Shown piece by piece: positions 28,306 through 32,000 of a stretch of 32,000 nt of DNA (its first letter is position 1; each line of letters starts with the position of its first letter). The stretch is from contig LT962688.1 of NCBI GenBank assembly GCA_900234795.1, positions 540,001-572,000 on the forward strand, written 5' to 3'. The notes under the pieces were generated by a model. It was not told the DNA's origin, searched no databases, and saw nothing but the letters and a program-made list of their open reading frames with translations. The stretch comes from Methylorubrum extorquens (lineage in GTDB: Bacteria > Pseudomonadota > Alphaproteobacteria > Rhizobiales > Beijerinckiaceae). The translations under genes were made by a program, and so were the position numbers.

Positions 28306-29765
28306 GCGACGCCCCCCTCTGGACCCCCGCCGCCCTGGAAGCGGCCACCGGCGGGCGCCTGATCGGTGCGCCGCGCGCCGTCACCGGCGCCTCGATCGAC
28401 ACCCGCAGCCTGGAACCCGGCGACCTGTTCTTCGCCATCCGCGGCGAGGCGCGCGACGGGCACGACTTCGTGCGCGCTGCCCTGGACAAGGGCGCCGGCG
28501 CGGCGGTGGTCGCGGAAGCGCGCGCGAAGGAATTCGAGGGCGCCGGCCCCGTGCTCGCCGTGCCGGGTGAGGGCGACGATCCGGTTCTGGACGCGATGCG
28601 TCGTCTCGGTCTGGCCGCGCGCGCCCGCACCGGGGCGGCGATCGTCGCGGTGACCGGCTCCGTCGGCAAGACCGGTACCAAGGAAGCCCTGCGCCACGTG
28701 CTCTCGGCGCAAGGCGCCACGCACGCCTCGGTCGCCTCCTACAACAACCATTGGGGCGTGCCACTGACGCTGACGCGGATGCCGGAAGACACCCGCTTCG
28801 GCGTGTTCGAAATCGGCATGAACCACGGCGCCGAGATCCTGCCGCTGACCGCGATGGTGCGGCCGGACGTGGCGCTGATCACTACGGTCGAGCCGGTGCA
28901 TATCGAGCATTTCCGCTCGCTCTCGGCCATCGCCGACGCGAAGGGCGAGATCTTTTCAGGGCTCAAGCCGGGCGGCGTCGCGGTGATCAACCGCGACAAC
29001 CCGAACTACGAGCGCCTGCTCGCCCACGCGCAGGCCTCGCGGGCCGGGCGCGTCATCACCTTCGGCGAGCACGCGGCGGCGGATGTGTGCGCCCACCGCA
29101 TCCTGACCCGCCCCGACGTCTCGGTGGTCGATGCAACCGTGATGGGCGTTCCCGTGACCTACCAGCTCGGCACGCCGGGCCGGCACGTCGCGATGAATTC
29201 GCTCGGCGTGCTGGCCTGCATCCACGCGCTCGGCGCCGATCTCGCCCGCGCCGCCCTGTCGCTGGCGAGCCTCAAGCCGCCGGTCGGACGCGGCGAGCGC
29301 ACGGCGCTTCGGATCGGGGACGGCGAGGCCTTCCTCGTCGACGAGAGCTACAATGCCAACCCCGCTTCGATCCGCGCGGCGCTGGCGACGCTCGCCGGCA
29401 TCGACACCGGCGCCAAGGGCCGGCGCATCGCTGTGCTCGGCGACATGAAGGAGCTCGGCGCGGCGGGTGAAGCGCTCCACCGCGAACTGGCGGACGCGGT
29501 CGCCGCGAACGGCATCGACCTCGTCTTCGCCGTCGGCCCGCTGATGGCGCACCTGTTCGAGGCGCTGCCGATGCCGGTGCGGGGGACGGCCGCGCCGACC
29601 GCCGAGGGCGTCACCGATGCCGTCCTCGCGACCCTGCGGCCGGGCGATGCCGTGATGGTCAAGGGCTCCAACTCCATGCGCATGGTCCGCATTGTCGAAG
29701 CGGTCAAAGCCCGCTACGCGGTCGCGCCGGACCCGCGCGAAGCCTCGCTGAACGCGGTTCGCTAA
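28302..29765 (+). CDS. murF: UDP-N-acetylmuramoyl-tripeptide--D-alanyl-D-alanine ligase
   Basis: The ATG overlaps the murE stop (ATGA). Contains the VTGSVGKTGTKE P-loop, DESYNANP and VKGSNS. Confidence 0.9.
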   Translation: MSDAPLWTPAALEAATGGRLIGAPRAVTGASIDTRSLEPGDLFFAIRGEARDGHDFVRAALDKGAGAAVVAEARAKEFEGAGPVLAVPGEGDDPVLDAMRRLGLAARARTGAAIVAVTGSVGKTGTKEALRHVLSAQGATHASVASYNNHWGVPLTLTRMPEDTRFGVFEIGMNHGAEILPLTAMVRPDVALITTVEPVHIEHFRSLSAIADAKGEIFSGLKPGGVAVINRDNPNYERLLAHAQASRAGRVITFGEHAAADVCAHRILTRPDVSVVDATVMGVPVTYQLGTPGRHVAMNSLGVLACIHALGADLARAALSLASLKPPVGRGERTALRIGDGEAFLVDESYNANPASIRAALATLAGIDTGAKGRRIAVLGDMKELGAAGEALHRELADAVAANGIDLVFAVGPLMAHLFEALPMPVRGTAAPTAEGVTDAVLATLRPGDAVMVKGSNSMRMVRIVEAVKARYAVAPDPREASLNAVR

Positions 29766-29870
29766 GCTTCACTCCATCGGCCAGGCCCTCGCGCCCGGCC
29801 GTTCCATCCGGCCGCGCGCAACGCCGTGCCGGGCGTTTCGACAAAGAACCTGCCGCGGGCGGACGAACGC

Positions 29871-30953
29871 ATGCTCTATCTGCTGTCGGAACTGAGCGGC
29901 ACGCTCACGCCCCTCAACGTGTTCCGCTACATCACCTTCCGCACCGGCGGCGCGCTGTTCACGGCGGGCTTCTTCGTGTTCTGGTTCGGGCCCTGGATCA
30001 TTTCGCTGCTGCGCCTGCGCCAGGGCAAGGGCCAGCCGATCCGCGAGGACGGCCCGGCCAGCCACCTGACCAAGCGCGGCACGCCGACCATGGGCGGCCT
30101 GATGATCCTGGCCGGCGCCGTGGTCTCGATCCTGCTCTGGACCAACCCGCATAACCACTACGTCTGGGTGACGCTCGCGGTGACCCTCGGCTTCGGCGCG
30201 ATCGGCTTCTACGACGACTACCTCAAGGTGACGAAGCAGTCGCACAAGGGCTTCTCGGGGCGCTTCCGCCTGCTACTGGAATTCGCGATCGCGGGCGCGG
30301 CCTGCCTGATGATCTCGCTCTACTCGCCCGCCGGACTGCAGAACCAGCTCGCTTTCCCCGTCCTCAAGGACACGCTGCTGAACCTCGGCTGGTTCTGGGT
30401 GCCGTTCGCCGCCTTCGTGATCGTGGGGGCGGGCAACGCGGTCAACATCACCGACGGGCTCGACGGGCTCGCCATCGTTCCCGTCATGATCGCCTGCGCC
30501 ACCTTCGGCATCATCGCCTACCTCGTCGGCAACGTGATCTATGCCGGCTACCTGCAGGTGAACTACGTGCGCGACACCGGCGAACTCGCCGTGGTCTGCG
30601 GCGCGGTGATCGGGGCGGGGCTCGGCTTCCTGTGGTTCAACGCGCCGCCCGCGCAGATCTTCATGGGCGATACCGGCTCGCTCGCGCTTGGCGGCCTGCT
30701 CGGCTCCATCGCCGTGGCGGCCAAGCACGAGATCGTGCTCGCCATCGTCGGCGGCCTGTTCGTCTTGGAGATCATGTCGGTGATCATCCAGGTCGTCTCG
30801 TTCAAGCTCACGGGCAAGCGCGTCTTCCGCATGGCGCCGATCCACCACCACTTCGAGCAGAAGGGCTGGAAGGAGCCGCAGGTCGTGATCCGTTTCTGGA
30901 TCATCGCCGTCATCCTGGCGCTGGTCGGGCTCGCCACGCTGAAGCTGCGCTGA
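29871..30953 (+). CDS. mraY: Phospho-N-acetylmuramoyl-pentapeptide transferase
   Basis: Starts [10 protein letters not shown] at the ATG at 29871. Contains [31 protein letters not shown] and PIHHHFE. Length 360 aa. Confidence 0.95.
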   Translation: MLYLLSELSGTLTPLNVFRYITFRTGGALFTAGFFVFWFGPWIISLLRLRQGKGQPIREDGPASHLTKRGTPTMGGLMILAGAVVSILLWTNPHNHYVWVTLAVTLGFGAIGFYDDYLKVTKQSHKGFSGRFRLLLEFAIAGAACLMISLYSPAGLQNQLAFPVLKDTLLNLGWFWVPFAAFVIVGAGNAVNITDGLDGLAIVPVMIACATFGIIAYLVGNVIYAGYLQVNYVRDTGELAVVCGAVIGAGLGFLWFNAPPAQIFMGDTGSLALGGLLGSIAVAAKHEIVLAIVGGLFVLEIMSVIIQVVSFKLTGKRVFRMAPIHHHFEQKGWKEPQVVIRFWIIAVILALVGLATLKLR

Positions 30954-30977
30954 GCCGGGACGAGAGACATAAAAACC

Positions 30978-32000
30978 ATGACGCCAGCCACCACCTTCGC
31001 CGGCCAGAAACTCGCCCTGTTCGGCCTCGGCGGGTCCGGGCTCGTCACCGTCCGCTCGCTGCTGGCCGGCGGCGCCGACGTGCTGGCCTGGGACGACAAT
31101 GCGGGCAGCCGCGACCGCGCCCGCGAGCAGGGCATCACCGTTACCGATCTCAACGAGGCCGACTGGTCGGGCTTCTCCGCCCTGGTGCTGGCGCCCGGCG
31201 TGCCGCTGACGCATCCCGAGCCGCACTGGACCGTGGGACTGGCGCAGCAGGCCGGCATCCCGATCATCGGCGACATCGAGATTTTCTGCCGCGAGCGCGC
31301 GGCCCTGGCACCCGACGCACCGTTCGTGGCCATCACCGGCACCAACGGGAAATCCACTACCACGGCGCTCACCGCGCACCTGCTGCGCCACGCGGGACGC
31401 GACGTGCAGATGGGCGGCAATATCGGCACCGCGATCCTGTCGCTGGAGCCGCCCGCGGCTACCTGCGTCCACGTGGTCGAACTGTCCTCGTTCCAGATCG
31501 ACCTGACGCCCTCGCTCAAGCCCGGCGTCGGCATCCTGCTCAACCTGACGCCGGACCATCTCGACCGTCACGGCACCATGGAGAACTACGCCGCGATCAA
31601 GGAGCGGCTGGTGGCGGGCGCGGACCTCGCGGTGATCGGCGTCGATGACCCCTACTGCGCAGCGATCGCCGAGCGTCGCGCGGGCGAGCGCATCCGCCTC
31701 CACGTCGAGGGTCACGGCGACGCGGCGGGCGACTATGTCGGCGCCAACGGTACGGTGCGCGGGCCCGACGGCGCCGTGATCGCGGAGGTCTCGGGCATCC
31801 AGGCGCTGCTTGGCGACCACAACCTCCAGAACGCCGCCGCCGCCGTCGCCGCCGCGATCCGGCTCGGTCTCACCGGGGCGGAGATCGCGGCGGGGCTGAA
31901 GAGCTTTCCCGGCCTCGCCCACCGAATGGAGCCGCTGCGCCGGATCGGCCCGACGCTGTTCGTCAACGATTCCAAGGCGACCAACGCCGATTCGACCGAG
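30978..32000 (+). CDS. murD: UDP-N-acetylmuramoylalanine--D-glutamate ligase, N-terminal 341 codons (runs off the right edge)
   Basis: Absent from the ORF track because no stop lies in the window. My own translation from the ATG at 30978 gives [22 protein letters not shown]...[15 protein letters not shown]...[12 protein letters not shown]...[10 protein letters not shown], the canonical MurD motifs. It is in frame to position 32000. Confidence 0.9.
   Translation, partial: MTPATTFAGQKLALFGLGGSGLVTVRSLLAGGADVLAWDDNAGSRDRAREQGITVTDLNEADWSGFSALVLAPGVPLTHPEPHWTVGLAQQAGIPIIGDIEIFCRERAALAPDAPFVAITGTNGKSTTTALTAHLLRHAGRDVQMGGNIGTAILSLEPPAATCVHVVELSSFQIDLTPSLKPGVGILLNLTPDHLDRHGTMENYAAIKERLVAGADLAVIGVDDPYCAAIAERRAGERIRLHVEGHGDAAGDYVGANGTVRGPDGAVIAEVSGIQALLGDHNLQNAAAAVAAAIRLGLTGAEIAAGLKSFPGLAHRMEPLRRIGPTLFVNDSKATNADSTE

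Overview
This is a high-GC chromosome segment. Hand counts of a few 60-nt lines give about 70-72% G+C in core genes; no full computation was done. Protein sequences and gene order fit an alphaproteobacterium of the Hyphomicrobiales, probably Methylobacterium/Methylorubrum-like. That assignment is inference only, because no database search was possible.

The content is overwhelmingly core housekeeping, in this order:
- Left end: ppiD' (partial, minus strand), then tpiA.
- A three-gene interruption, then secG and pyrG.
- A yjfL/yjfM/yjfC-like trio: DUF350, DUF1190 and a GSP-synthetase-like ATP-grasp enzyme.
- A small secreted Gly-rich protein.
- A co-directional run of holC, an S10 carboxypeptidase, a lipoprotein, a YbdK-type carboxylate-amine ligase and a DUF4142 protein.
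- A small catabolic module organised around a GntR regulator: a threonine-aldolase-like enzyme on one side of it, a crotonase and a family III CoA-transferase on the other.
- An exported hypothetical protein, an FKBP isomerase and adenosine kinase.
- A lower-GC two-gene islet: a small exported Cys protein plus a Uma2/DUF820 nuclease-like protein.
- ligA, then RNase P RNA.
- The start of the dcw cluster: rsmH-ftsL-ftsI-murE-murF-mraY-murD' (partial).

I found no tRNA, rRNA, CRISPR array, transposase, integrase, phage gene or recognisable defence gene.

The most striking sequence-level observation is a set of frame-breaking indels confined to about 14.6-22.3 kb. ligA carries three +1 insertions in G/C homopolymers. 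The crotonase gene carries a compensated +1/+2 pair. Sequencing or assembly error is the more likely cause than biology.

I do not see a convincing new biological system here. The best candidates for follow-up are:
- the biochemically undefined DUF350-DUF1190-ATP-grasp trio;
- the overlapping exported-peptide/Uma2 pair;
- the mraZ-less dcw leader with repeated TTGACGC motifs;
- a 10-mer shared by the two control regions around the GntR module.

The many long ORFs in alternative frames or antisense to real genes are treated as high-GC artefacts.
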